A DNA stretch of 64,000 bases, taken from Octopus bimaculoides (Eukaryota). The notes under the pieces are model-generated. The model was not told the DNA's origin, ran no database searches, and was given only the letters and a program-made list of their open reading frames with translations. Within the stretch, counting starts at the first letter, position 1. The number at the start of each line of letters is the position of its first letter. The translations under genes were made by a program, and so were the position numbers. Shown here in pieces: positions 30,388 to 42,689 of the stretch. The DNA lies in the NCBI RefSeq assembly GCF_001194135.2, contig NC_068992.1, positions 9,239,593-9,303,592 on the forward strand, in the 5' to 3' direction.

Positions 30388-31603
30388 AACGGTTTACATA
30401 ATGTGACACACAATGGAATCATCAAGTGATTGTTAAGATTCTTTTTGCATTGATGCAACAATTAATAGATCTGGCAAAGTACCATTCAACCAGGAAACCG
30501 TGTTATTCAAAGGAGAACCCAGTGCAGTTCTTGATACAAAGCAAAATTGATTCAGTTATTGATTTTTCTATTGAAAAATACCATATTTTAGTAAATTCCA
30601 AAGAAAACACCTACTGTTATTCTAGTTTTAGTTTCTTAAAAGAAAAAAAAAATATTGATTTTTTTGTTTTGTTTCGAATGGGAAACAATCCCGTTTAATA
30701 AGCTGTAGCTGGAGGGCGTATCACAGAACTGCAGTATATTACTGGTATTTTATATTAGAGATAATGTGGCCGAATTGTAGAGAAATAGTACTTTCGAGAA
30801 ATATTACTCACATTAAATTTGATGAAGTTTTCTTCATGGCAGGAAATCGGTGCTACATAACTCGGCGTATTGGTAGTGATGGCAATGGACCCCCGTCGTC
30901 TGGTAGCGAGGAATCAGTTGTTCGATCAACTGGTTTATCTGCTGTTGAATTTACGTGTAAGCCACTGAGCATCCCATAAACGCATGCATCTTTAATGTAA
31001 TTCTTCGACACGATCCACCCAACGGACTTCTGTTCAGTTTCCATTTATTCGATTTCACTCATAAAATATAGCTTAAATCGGAGGTTACAGAATAATGATA
31101 TTTACTGTAGATACCACGGAGTGGTATTGAAATTGAAACCACTTCGTTTCAAAGCGAACATATTAATCATTCACCATTCTCCGCCCCCCCCGTTAATTAA
31201 TACTCTAAATAATCCAATCAAAGGAATTCATTGTATTTTGGATGACAATGTTTTCAAATACACCGGTTGGTTCGGAAACGCTAATTCAGCCAGGATTTTG
31301 ACATCTAAACAACTCCAAAGATCGTTCTGTGCAGATTTATGGAGCTGAACTCAATAAATATGCCCCACCTCACAACTGGTCTTGGTTTGTTTATGTCGGT
31401 TCGATAATAAGTGATCGATATTTTAAATATCAGGCTTAAAGACAAATAAGTCCTGGGGTCGATTTGTTCGACCAAAACCTTTCAAGGTGGTGCCCCAGCA
31501 TGGCCGCAGATTGAAACAAGAAGAAAAAATAGATAAGCAAACATACAAAACTTAAACGAGCTTGATGCAAAAGTGCAGCCTACAACTTGGAGTAGAAACA
31601 CGC

Positions 31604-31819
31604 TTTTATCTTTTACTTGCTTGAGACATTGGAATGCGACCAAGCTGGATCACCGTTTTAGTCGAACAAATCAAATTCCAGTACTTATTATTTTTTTTTA
31701 TAAGTCTGGAACTTATTCTATTCAACACCATTGCCTGACCGCTAAGTCACGGAGACATAAACAAACCAACACTGGTTGTCAATCACTGGGGGAGAGGAGC
31801 AGAAACAGCCAGAAACACA

Positions 31820-31886
<67 letters not shown>

Positions 31887-32060
31887 GCGCATATAAATAT
31901 ACAGCGGGTTCCCACACAGTTTCCGTCCACCGTATTCACTCACAAAGTACTGGTTGGCTTAGGGCTATAGCAGAAGACACTTGCTCAAGGACTAGCGGCC
32001 TTGCAATGGCACTGAACCCGAAACCACATGGCTACAAAGCGAGTTTGTTAACCACAGCCT
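31604..32060 (-). mobile_element. SINE family B, older full-length copy
   Basis: Colinear with 17487-17892 but more diverged. Confidence 0.75.
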
Positions 32061-32227
32061 ATCACTCAGAAAGATGGCTGGTTGCTTCCATAGATGCAGG
32101 GCAATTTCAACGCAGAAATTTTAGCTTAATGAGATACATTGAATCACCGAGGCGCCATTTTTATAGTCAACAAAACAACCCACAGCCATCTTTGCGTTTA
32201 TTTTCGGTTGGCTGGAAACTTCCATGG

Positions 32228-32249
32228 TACAACAACAACAACAACAACA

Positions 32250-32301
<52 letters not shown>

Positions 32302-32364
32302 ATTATATTGCTACTCCTGCAGCTACAACCCCTAATACTGCAGCTACCGCTGCTGCTATTGTTG

Positions 32365-32432
<68 letters not shown>
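32228..32432. repeat. Compound (AAC)n/(ACT)n microsatellite with GCT-rich interruption
   Basis: Direct reading. (AGT/ACT)n also occurs at 8763-8820 and 43562-43630, and (GA)n at 15060-15112 and 17142-17225. Confidence 0.95.
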
Positions 32433-32433
<1 letters not shown>

Positions 32434-33252
32434 AATTTGGTGGGACAGGAAATACGATAAACATTTTTCCTTTCCCTTTTCAGTGGAATTTTGAGTCTGA
32501 GTCGTGAAGCATCGATGTTTGATAGATTAAATTATGATAGTTTTACTTCGTCTAATTAGGTGTGTATTTTATTGGGGGAAAAAAAAAAGTATATCGGAAA
32601 TAATTCTTCAAACCTCTCCTGGCAGCCTAGATACATATACAAAGTGAAATAGCATCATCATTAGCAGCAGCAGCAGCAGCAGCAAAAGCAGCAGCGGTAA
32701 ATCAAAGACGTTTCACTGACTCGGATTGCAAGTAGCTTGACCTTTGTCCAACAGCTTTCGCTAGCCATCTTCATATTTCTTATCATTAACGTCCATTTTA
32801 TACTGGAAGAAATAGGATTATGACTAGACTTCTGACAACTGGCGGTGTCTACTAAACTGGATTCTCGTCAGCAGTCTAGCTTAGTGAAAATGGAAAATGA
32901 ATGACTTCGCTACAAATCATTCTGACTATTTGTAAATGGTTTTAATTATATATGTAACCTATATTGGACCAGCATGTAGTTACGCGTGGGAATGTGTTTA
33001 TATGGCTTTAGTTATGCATGTAAATCGTATCGACAGAATTGTTACCACAAGGAATAAAATGCTTAGCAGAGTTTTTTCTGGTTCTTTACGTTCCGAGTTC
33101 AAATGCCACCGAGATTGACTTTGCCTTTCATCCTTTCGGAATGAAACAACTAACCAATATGAAACGGAGGCTGAGACAACGAGTAATTATGAGATAAAAA
33201 GAAACCACAGAAATTGTGAGGAAAAGGCTAAAAATTATATTAAAATCGGGAC

Positions 33253-33449
33253 TACTCTTTTACTCTTTTACTTGTTTCAGTCATTTGACTGCGGCCATGC
33301 TGGAGCACCGCCTTTAGTCGAGCAAATCGACCCCAGGACTTATTCTTTGGATGCCTAGTACTTATTCTATCTGTCTCTTTTGCCGATCCGCTAAATTACG
33401 GGGACATAAACACACTAGCATCGGTTGTCAAACGATGTTGGGGGGACAA

Positions 33450-33498
<49 letters not shown>

Positions 33499-33664
33499 CA
33501 TATATGCGACGGGCTTCTTTCAGTTTCCGTCTACCAAATCCATTCACAAGGCTTTGGTCGGCCCGAGGCTATAGTAGAAGACACTTGCCCAAGGTGCCAC
33601 GCAGTGGGAATGAACCCGGAACCATGTGGTTGGTAAGCAAGTTACTTACCACACAGCCACTCCT
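33253..33664 (-). mobile_element. SINE family B, full-length copy
   Basis: Near-identical to 17487-17892. Confidence 0.9.
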
Positions 33665-34124
33665 ATGATAAAGTGTTGGCAAGAAAATCCTCCACGTCAT
33701 CAATTCTCGTAAAAAAAAAAAAAGATAAAAGAAATGTGAGATAGTCAAAGAAAAATCTGAATCTTGGACGAGAAGTGCAAGAATCGTAACCGGAATTGAA
33801 AGACGACTGCAACATTATGTGGAAGCCTTTTCGCCAATAATCACGATAATCCAAAAGCCGAGGTCAATGTAAATCACTTGCCCCACCTCTCATCCTTTCG
33901 GAGTCGATAAAAAATGCCAATTGAGTCTTGGGATCGATGTAAACTATTTCCGTCTCCCTTGAAAATTGCTGACCTTGTGCCAAAACTAGAAAGAATTATT
34001 ACATGCAACCTATATTGGATCAGCATTAGAGTTATGTATATGAACATATATGGTATCCGTATGATTTAAATTATACATTTAATCGATTTTGGACCAGCAT
34101 ATAGTTATATAAGTGAATGTATCA

Positions 34125-34429
34125 GGAGGCACAATGGCCCAGTGGTTAGGGCAGCGAACTCGCGGTCATAGGATCGCGGTTTCGATTCCCAGACCGGGCG
34201 TTGTGAGTGTTTATTGAGCGAAAGCACCTAAAAGCTTCACGAGGCTCCGGCAGGGGTTGGTGGCGAACCCTGCTGTACTCTTTCACCACAACTTTCTCTC
34301 ACTCTCACTTCCTGTTCCTGTTGTGCCTGTAATTCAAAGGGCCAGCCTTGTCACACTGTGTCACGCTGAATATCCCCGAGAACTACGTTAAGGGTACACG
34401 TGTCTGTGGAGTGCTCAGCCACTTGCACG
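34125..34429 (+). mobile_element. SINE family C, runs into an assembly gap
   Basis: Same head and body as 59888-60274, opposite strand. Confidence 0.88.
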
Positions 34430-35574
34430 NNNNNNNNNNNNNNNNNNNNNNNNNNNNNNNNNNNNNNNNNNNNNNNNNNNNNNNNNNNNNNNNNNNNNNN
34501 NNNNNNNNNNNNNNNNNNNNNNNNNNNNNNNNNNNNNNNNNNNNNNNNNNNNNNNNNNNNNNNNNNNNNNNNNNNNNNNNNNNNNNNNNNNNNNNNNNNN
34601 NNNNNNNNNNNNNNNNNNNNNNNNNNNNNNNNNNNNNNNNNNNNNNNNNNNNNNNNNNNNNNNNNNNNNNNNNNNNNNNNNNNNNNNNNNNNNNNNNNNN
34701 NNNNNNNNNNNNNNNNNNNNNNNNNNNNNNNNNNNNNNNNNNNNNNNNNNNNNNNNNNNNNNNNNNNNNNNNNNNNNNNNNNNNNNNNNNNNNNNNNNNN
34801 NNNNNNNNNNNNNNNNNNNNNNNNNNNNNNNNNNNNNNNNNNNNNNNNNNNNNNNNNNNNNNNNNNNNNNNNNNNNNNNNNNNNNNNNNNNNNNNNNNNN
34901 NNNNNNNNNNNNNNNNNNNNNNNNNNNNNNNNNNNNNNNNNNNNNNNNNNNNNNNNNNNNNNNNNNNNNNNNNNNNNNNNNNNNNNNNNNNNNNNNNNNN
35001 NNNNNNNNNNNNNNNNNNNNNNNNNNNNNNNNNNNNNNNNNNNNNNNNNNNNNNNNNNNNNNNNNNNNNNNNNNNNNNNNNNNNNNNNNNNNNNNNNNNN
35101 NNNNNNNNNNNNNNNNNNNNNNNNNNNNNNNNNNNNNNNNNNNNNNNNNNNNNNNNNNNNNNNNNNNNNNNNNNNNNNNNNNNNNNNNNNNNNNNNNNNN
35201 NNNNNNNNNNNNNNNNNNNNNNNNNNNNNNNNNNNNNNNNNNNNNNNNNNNNNNNNNNNNNNNNNNNNNNNNNNNNNNNNNNNNNNNNNNNNNNNNNNNN
35301 NNNNNNNNNNNNNNNNNNNNNNNNNNNNNNNNNNNNNNNNNNNNNNNNNNNNNNNNNNNNNNNNACACACACACACACACACACACATTCTTATTCTTTG
35401 TAAGCCTAGTACTTATTCTACCGGTCTCTTTAGCCGAATCGCTTATTTACGCGGACGTCTACTAATTTATTTACGCGGACGTCTTCGTTTCCGTCTACTA
35501 AATCTACTCACATGGCTTTGGTCGGCTCGAGGCTATAGTAGAAGACACTTGCCCAAGGTGCCACGCAGGACAAC

Positions 35575-35955
35575 AAAAGCCAAGGCAAGACGAGTTTTCA
35601 ACTCATTTAGAATATTTAATTAGAGTAAGGTAAATTTGAGGTAATTAATTAATTAATTATTGGATGTCTTACAATTGTTTCTGGGATATCCCATGTAATA
35701 GGTTAGCGTCTCCATACACTGGGTACTCTGTCATCAGAGACATGGTGAGTATGTATGAAAGTTCTAGACACGGAATTCACAGTTTATAAAGGAATAAAAG
35801 TGTAGATAGAAAACAGTAGATAGAAGAATACAGACAGGAGAATAAAGTTCCCAGCTCATCTTCTTCCAGAGGGTATGGAGGCTGGTCCGTACTTCCGTGA
35901 AGGTATAGGCCCTTAAGTATAATCTCAGGTAAATCCAGGCAGTATTTTGAATAGA
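35575..35955 (-). mobile_element. Dispersed ~400-bp repeat carrying the hammerhead-like motif, copy 1 (Penelope pLTR-like or non-autonomous)
   Basis: Colinear, by eye roughly 80-85% identical, with 46465-46866; contains the hammerhead boxes. Confidence 0.6.
35664..35743 (-). ncRNA. Type I hammerhead-like motif with long helix II
   Basis: Minus strand: augucu CUGAUGA [49 nt ending ugggauauccca] GAAA caauug UA agacau. Helix I is a perfect 6-bp stem, helix III is the palindrome caauug, and the triplet is GUA. The base of helix II is mispaired (C opposite A). Confidence 0.55.
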
Positions 35956-36574
35956 TGGAAGAGAATTGTAGAAAACGAAGGAAGGTATATTTCAAATTAA
36001 AAAAGAACTTTGTTTATCTTAATTATGAAAAATAAAAGTATAAAAAACCTCATTATTTATGGGATGACACAATACTTAATTAATACTCCAAATCCTATAG
36101 TGTGCATCTTTGTGTGTATGTGTGTTTGTGTGTATGTGTGTACGTGTATATATATATANNNNNNNNNNNNNNNNNNNNNNNNNNNNNNNNNNNNNNNNNN
36201 NNNNNNNNNNNNNNNNNNNNNNNNNNNNNNNNNNNNNNNNNNNNNNNNNNNNNNNNNNNNNNNNNNNNNNNNNNNNNNNNNNNNNNNNNNNNNNNNNNNN
36301 NNNNNNNNNNNNNNNNNNNNNNNNNNNNNNNNNNNNNNNNNNNNNNNNNNNNNNNNNNNNNNNNNNNNNNNNNNNNNNNNNNNNNNNNNNNNNNNNNNNN
36401 NNNNNNNNNNNNNNNNNNNNNNNNNNTATGTATATATATGATCACGTAATTCTTGTTCCTTTGACATTTTATTAATTTCATATTACGCCCTGTACTTGCT
36501 TAACGATTTATTCGGAAGCAAACACATATTGAGATCTAATAGCGGGTTTTTAGTATCGCTATGCCTAAGCGACA

Positions 36575-37063
36575 TCTATTTGTTCCATGAAAAGCATGTT
36601 TGTGACGTCAAGCAGAGATTCTGCTTGCATCTGGCCATACAGTACCATGCTTGAAAGAAGGCAACCTCAGACCATTCCACATTAGGGAGGTTGAAGTCCC
36701 CAAGAAGAAGTATGTGAAAGCTGCCATCTAGGTTGGTTAATACTTCCTCCATCATTTTGAGGCTCTTTTCAAATGATTCTCCATGATTTGGTTCATCTGG
36801 TGGGCGATATGTAGCACATACTACCATTTTCATCTGTTTTCTGTGCACCACCGAGTGACACAGGATGAGTTTGAGTGTGACACAGGATGAGTTTGAGTGT
36901 GACAGCAGGACTACACGTGTGACATCTTCCCGAATGTACATTGCAACTCCACAATGAGTCCTTTCGCTCCTTTCATTCGGAAATGCTTTGCTATATGTAC
37001 CTCAGTAGCTGATATGACAGCTTTCAGATGTGTTTCTGTTAGGGCTATGCATATTGCTTGATT
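36575..37063 (-). mobile_element. AP-endonuclease fragment of a CR1/L2-group LINE
   Basis: ICIALTETHL; ERSERTHCGVAMYIRED; ATYRPP; LLLGDFNLPNVEW; LLDVTNMLFMEQI, across frameshifts. Confidence 0.8.
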
Positions 37064-38462
37064 ACAGGTCACTAAGTCTCACAGATATTGGACTTTGAGT
37101 TGGTGGAACGTTACAAGGCCCCTGATGTTCAGTAGAAATATTTGTATGATACCCAAAGATGCTATACAGCAACATCGAACTCAGAACCACTTGCCTACGA
37201 AGCGACCGTCTTAAACATACAATTATGTTATGACCGTTATGATCATAAACAGACGTGTACATTCACCCCCCCCCCATATATATATATATATANNNNNNNN
37301 NNNNNNNNNNNNNNNNNNNNNNNNNNNNNNNNNNNNNNNNNNNNNNNNNNNNNNNNNNNNNNNNNNNNNNNNNNNNNNNNNNNNNNNNNNNNNNNNNNNN
37401 NNNNNNNNNNNNNNNNNNNNNNNNNNNNNNNNNNNNNNNNNNNNNNNNNNNNNNNNNNNNNNNNNNNNNNNNNNNNNNNNNNNNNNNNNNNNNNNNNNNN
37501 NNNNNNNNNNNNNNNNNNNNNNNNNNNNNNNNNNNNNNNNNNNNNNNNNNNNNNNNNNNNNNNNNNNNNNNNNNNNNNNNNNNNNNNNNNNNNNNNNNNN
37601 NNNNNNNNNNNNNNNNNNNNNNNNNNNNNNNNNNNNNNNNNNNNNNNNNNNNNNNNNNNNNNNNNNNNNNNNNNNNNNNNNNNNNNNNNNNNNNNNNNNN
37701 NNNNNNNNNNNNNNNNNNNNNNNNNNNNNNNNNNNNNNNNNNNNNNNNNNNNNNNNNNNNNNNNNNNNNNNNNNNNNNNNNNNNNNNNNNNNNNNNNNNN
37801 NNNNNNNNNNNNNNNNNNNNNNNNNNNNNNNNNNNNNNNNNNNNNNNNNNNNNNNNNNNNNNNNNNNNNNNNNNNNNNNNNNNNNNNNNNNNNNNNNNNN
37901 NNNNNNNNNNNNNNNNNNNNNNNNNNNNNNNNNNNNNNNNNNNNNNNNNNNNNNNNNNNNNNNNNNNNNNNNNNNNNNNNNNNNNNNNNNNNNNNNNNAT
38001 ATATATACATATATATACATACATACATGCGCATATGTATATATATATATATATCTATATATCTGTGTGTGTACATCTCCCTACATACAGAAAATATACA
38101 TGCGTATATAGGATAGTATATTACTTCATTTATAGAACATAAGTCTTCTTTTGTTCTCTTTATTTCCATTTAAAAACCCTCTAAATTTATGGAAAGTTCA
38201 AAAAAGCGAAACAAAAAAAAAAAAACCTTATATCTTTCATCAAATATTAACAGTTGAAATGAGAAAATACAAAGAAATACAAAATGCTTGCTTCAACAAG
38301 TTAATATTCAGAATGTGTCTAAGAAACGACTTTAATATCTGTGTTAATGCTATTAATCACAGATAATCGATAAAGCATCACGCGTTTATGAAGCAAATGT
38401 AACCACTACACATACATGTGTATATGTATGTGTACGTGTGCGTGCATATATGTATATGCATT

Positions 38463-38493
<31 letters not shown>

Positions 38494-39199
38494 NNNNNNN
38501 NNNNNNNNNNNNNNNNNNNNNNNNNNNNNNNNNNNNNNNNNNNNNNNNNNNNNNNNNNNNNNNNNNNNNNNNNNNNNNNNNNNNNNNNNNNNNNNNNNNN
38601 NNNNNNNNNNNNNNNNNNNNNNNNNNNNNNNNNNNNNNNNNNNNNNNNNNNNNNNNNNNNNNNNNNNNNNNNNNNNNNNNNNNNNNNNNNNNNNNNNNNN
38701 NNNNNNNNNNNNNNNNNNNNNNNNNNNNNNNNNNNNNNNNNNNNNNNNNNNNNNNNNNNNNNNNNNNNNNNNNNNNNNNNNNNNNNNNNNNNNNNNNNNN
38801 NNNNNNNNNNNNNNNNNNNNNNNNNNNNNNNNNNNNNNNNNNNNNNNNNNNNNNNNNNNNNNNNNNNNNNNNNNNNNNNNNNNNNNNNNNNNNNNNNNNN
38901 NNNNNNNNNNNNNNNNNNNNNNNNNNNNNNNNNNNNNNNNNNNNNNNNNNNNNNNNNNNNNNNNNNNNNNNNNNNNNNNNNNNNNNNNNNNNNNNNNNNN
39001 NNNNNNNNNNNNNNNNNNNNNNNNNNNNNNNNNNNNNNNNNNNNNNNNNNNNNNNNNNNNNNNNNNNNNNNGTTGTACTTGGGGATGGTCATATTGCCAG
39101 TTTAGCCAATAAAAACACACGCACTGTATATTTGGTGTTAATTTTTTTTTTTTTTTTTTCAGCTTTATATTACATTAATCTTAATCTTAATCTTATTTC

Positions 39200-39244
39200 G
39201 GCCAGAGTTCTTTCGTCACACTTCTGTGACCTCATCAGTGGTCC
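39200..39244 (-). ncRNA. Minimal type I hammerhead ribozyme motif
   Basis: Minus strand: ggacca CUGAUGA g gucaca gaag ugugac GAAA gaacuc uggcc. Both catalytic boxes are intact, helix II is a perfect 6-bp stem, helix III is 2 bp (A-U, G-C) with a CUC cleavage triplet, and helix I is ggacca/uggcc (5 bp with one bulge). Confidence 0.75.
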
Positions 39245-39580
39245 TTTGTTTCCTTCTTTCTTATGTGTATCTCACCTTGCTAACTATCAGCCATTTTGTA
39301 TTTTGTATTCCTATTGTATGTGTCTACGCATGCGTGTCCTTCAATGTGTCTGTGTCTTTTGTAAGTGCATGTGTGTATGGGGAGTGTCTGTATCACCTAT
39401 ATTCTCTGTTACATACATATACATACAGTTTACATACATAGATATACATATATACCCAGACATGACAGAAGTAATTGAACACCCCATAAAACGATGTTTA
39501 ATGCTTATTTTGACTTGAAAAGGTTTATATTTTTATTAATTGACAATTTTATGTTTCAGGTTCAATGTGACTGTTTAATC

Positions 39581-40352
39581 ATGTCAGGTACAAAAGAAAC
39601 CTTGGAACTGTCAAAGAGGCCATATTGTGGATCAATCTGAAGGTGGACTTCGTCAGCATAAAATCGCAGAGGTCCTTCGAATCCCGCTTTCTACTGTTAA
39701 TAGAGTGATTAAGCAATTCACCAGAGAAGGGTAAGAGTTCACATTACCTCACCCAGGTCGACCAGGACCCTCTGACGGGACCCTTTGCTTTGTCAAGAGA
39801 ACTGTCGAGGATAATCCTTGTTGCAAGGCCCCTGATATAGCAGAACAAGTTGATGTCAGTCCCAGAACAGCTGTCAGATATCTCTACAAACTTGGTTACT
39901 ATGGCAGAGCAGCAAGAAGGAAGCCACGTTTTCGACCAGCCAATATCAAACAGAGAAGAGATTGGGCTGGTGAGATGGCGGAGTGGCCACTAGCATTTTG
40001 GGACACTGTCATATTCTCTGATGAGTCCAGATTGCTATATTTTCCGAGTGGGTCTGGAAACTCCGTGATCAAGAATTTGACGTGAAAAGATTGCAGCCAA
40101 CAATGAAAAACGGTGGCTATTCTGTGATGGCCTGAGGAGCAGTTTGGAGCAATGGTCGATCAGAGCTGATGGAGTGTGAGTGAAATATAAACTCAGAAAT
40201 ATATGTGTCTGTATTGGAGAAAGGACTCCTTCCAATCTTCTCTACTGGTGAAATGATTAAAGAAAACTATTTATGGAAGATTTGTTGGAAGAAGAGTGGC
40301 ATTAAAAAGCTTCCATGGCCAAACCAGTCACCTGATATGAACCCTATTGAAA
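39581..40352 (+). pseudogene. Tc1-family transposase remnant (frameshifts, stops, internal deletion)
   Basis: Manual translation: [48 protein letters not shown] (first D), KNGGYSVMA*GAV, WPNQSPDMNPIE (E of DDE). The segment after the second D (FMED) is deleted. Confidence 0.9.
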
Positions 40353-41450
40353 AAACGTGAAATAACGTTTGTTTAGAACGGTAAAATTCGAAAGGCCTAA
40401 ATTTATAGAAACGTGTAAATATTAATCTCAACGTTTGGAAAATTCGGTATGTGTGTGGCTAAGTCGTTTACATCGACTCACCGTGTTTTCAACTGGTACT
40501 TATTTTATTGACCCCGGAAGGATGAAAAGCAAAGTCGGCTTGGACGGAATTTGATCTCAGAACGTAAAAGACAGACGGAATGGTGCTAAGTATTTCGCCC
40601 GGCTAGCTATCGATTAAGCGTATAAATATTGGGTTTAAAACGTCTAAGATCCTTCCTGGCACTCGAACCCACATCTCCTGAAAACATGACATGAGGTGAT
40701 CTTTGAATTACTCTGTCCGTTGAGAGGGAGTTAGTGAAAGGGAGAGAGAGAGAGAGAGAGAGAGAGAAAGAAAGAAAGAAAGAGAGAAAAAGAGAGAGTG
40801 AGAGAGAAGTCGGGCGAATGCTATTCTATGCGATACATATCGAGATATCGAGATGTATTACACCAACATGGCCCGAACTAGGACTAAATTGTTCTAAACC
40901 TGAATATAATATTCGTACGTTCGTGTCAAATGTTGTCAGCTTGTCTTTGCGATGACATTCAGCACAAGTTGCTTTGTCACTGCGTATGTGTAGAATAGAA
41001 GACAATAAAACAGCATACAATACAGCGCAGTATATTTTTTTCAAACTAAAAGCTTNNNNNNNNNNNNNNNNNNNNNNNNNNNNNNNNNNNNNNNNNNNNN
41101 NNNNNNNNNNNNNNNNNNNNNNNNNNNNNNNNNNNNNNNNNNNNNNNNNNNNNNNNNNNNNNNNNNNNNNNNNNNNNNNNNNNNNNNNNNNNNNNNNNNN
41201 NNNNNNNNNNNNNNNNNNNNNNNNNNNNNNNNNNNNNNNNNNNNNNNNNNNNNNNNNNNNNNNNNNNNNNNNNNNNNNNNNNNNNNNNNNNNNNNNNNNN
41301 NNNNNNNNNNNNNNNNNNNNNNNNNNNNNNNNNNNNNNNNNNNNNNNNNNNNNNNNNNNNNNNNNNNNNNNNNNNNNNNNNNNNNNNNNNNNNNNNNNNN
41401 NNNNNNNNNNNNNNNNNNNNNNNNNNNNNNNNNNNNNNNNNNNNNNNNNN

Positions 41451-41483
<33 letters not shown>

Positions 41484-42689
41484 GTGTGTGATGTGTGTGT
41501 GCGTGTATACAGAGGGACGGAAAGAAAGAGTGAATTATGCGAATAAACAAAGATACGAGCTTGGGTTCGATATACAAATTATATATGCATGTATACCTGT
41601 AAACAGAGAGAAAGCAAAGGCTGAACATTTTTAGACGATGAATAATGTTATATAGATATTTATATATTAACAGGGCAAACTTACACAGAATAAATTAAAG
41701 AGGAGAAGATATGGTGTTAGAAAGTCCGACATCTGTTTCTGGGGCGTTGGAGTTACTTCATAATGTTAGCAGATTTAGTTCACCAGAATATGCAACCAAT
41801 AATGGAAGCATAACGAATAATGCCTTTCATCCTTTCGGGGTCGATAAAACAAAGCACTAGTGGAGCACTGGGGTCGATGTAATCGACTAGTCCCCGCTCC
41901 TACAATTTCAGGCCTTGTGTCTGTAGTAAAAAGAAAATATTGATGTAGCTATATGTGGTGGTGGTGGAGTGAATAGATTATCGTATAAACAGCCGGAGGT
42001 TGTGGTTTCGGTCATGGCAAACGTACTGTTCTGTGTCCATATAGACTCAAATTCTTCCTTTCAAGAAAGTTCCATATAAAAATAGGTACCGAAAAGACTA
42101 TCAGATTGAAAATTAAGTTTTTTATCTTTAATTTAACAACTTTAATTTTAAACGCATTATAATTCGAAAACGTTCAAAAATTTGATCACTTCTTTAGCAA
42201 AACTCTTATGTATTTCAAAGTATGTTTAATTTTTAGAGATCACATTTAGATTTTATAATTTAAACTCAAATAGAAATTAGCGCTGTATTTATATCCCAAT
42301 AATTTAAAAGCACAATGTAAATTAGCTTTAGACAGATCACTGTTGTCTTTGCTTAATTTGATACTTAGATGATTAATGTGGTGTCTCCATTTCTAATATA
42401 TTACTGAAATAGAAACGTGCGTGGTTTAACATTCGTCGCTGTTGAGAGTTGCTTTATTTGATGCAGATATTTTTACATGAACTTGGCTTGTTTTGTGAAT
42501 TAATAATTTTATAAATTTAGATTCGTTGTCAATGGTTATTTCTCAGACAATAACTATACTTGATGATGTGAACATCTAATTTTACACATTTTCAATTAAA
42601 GATTACAAATGTGAAGAAGTCATTAGTAAAATTAATTGCGCGAAATTTAGTTTTACTAAGTCGTAACTATGAACTAAGAAAGACATTGG

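Noticed and set aside
30764-31044. Overlapping short non-repetitive ORFs (71 aa plus, 63 aa minus)
   Set aside because: No recognisable domain or convincing splice sites.
34125-34200. tRNA-like sequences (also at 60200-60274 and 62885-62960)
   Set aside because: They are SINE heads continuing into SINE bodies, and no complete cloverleaf can be drawn.
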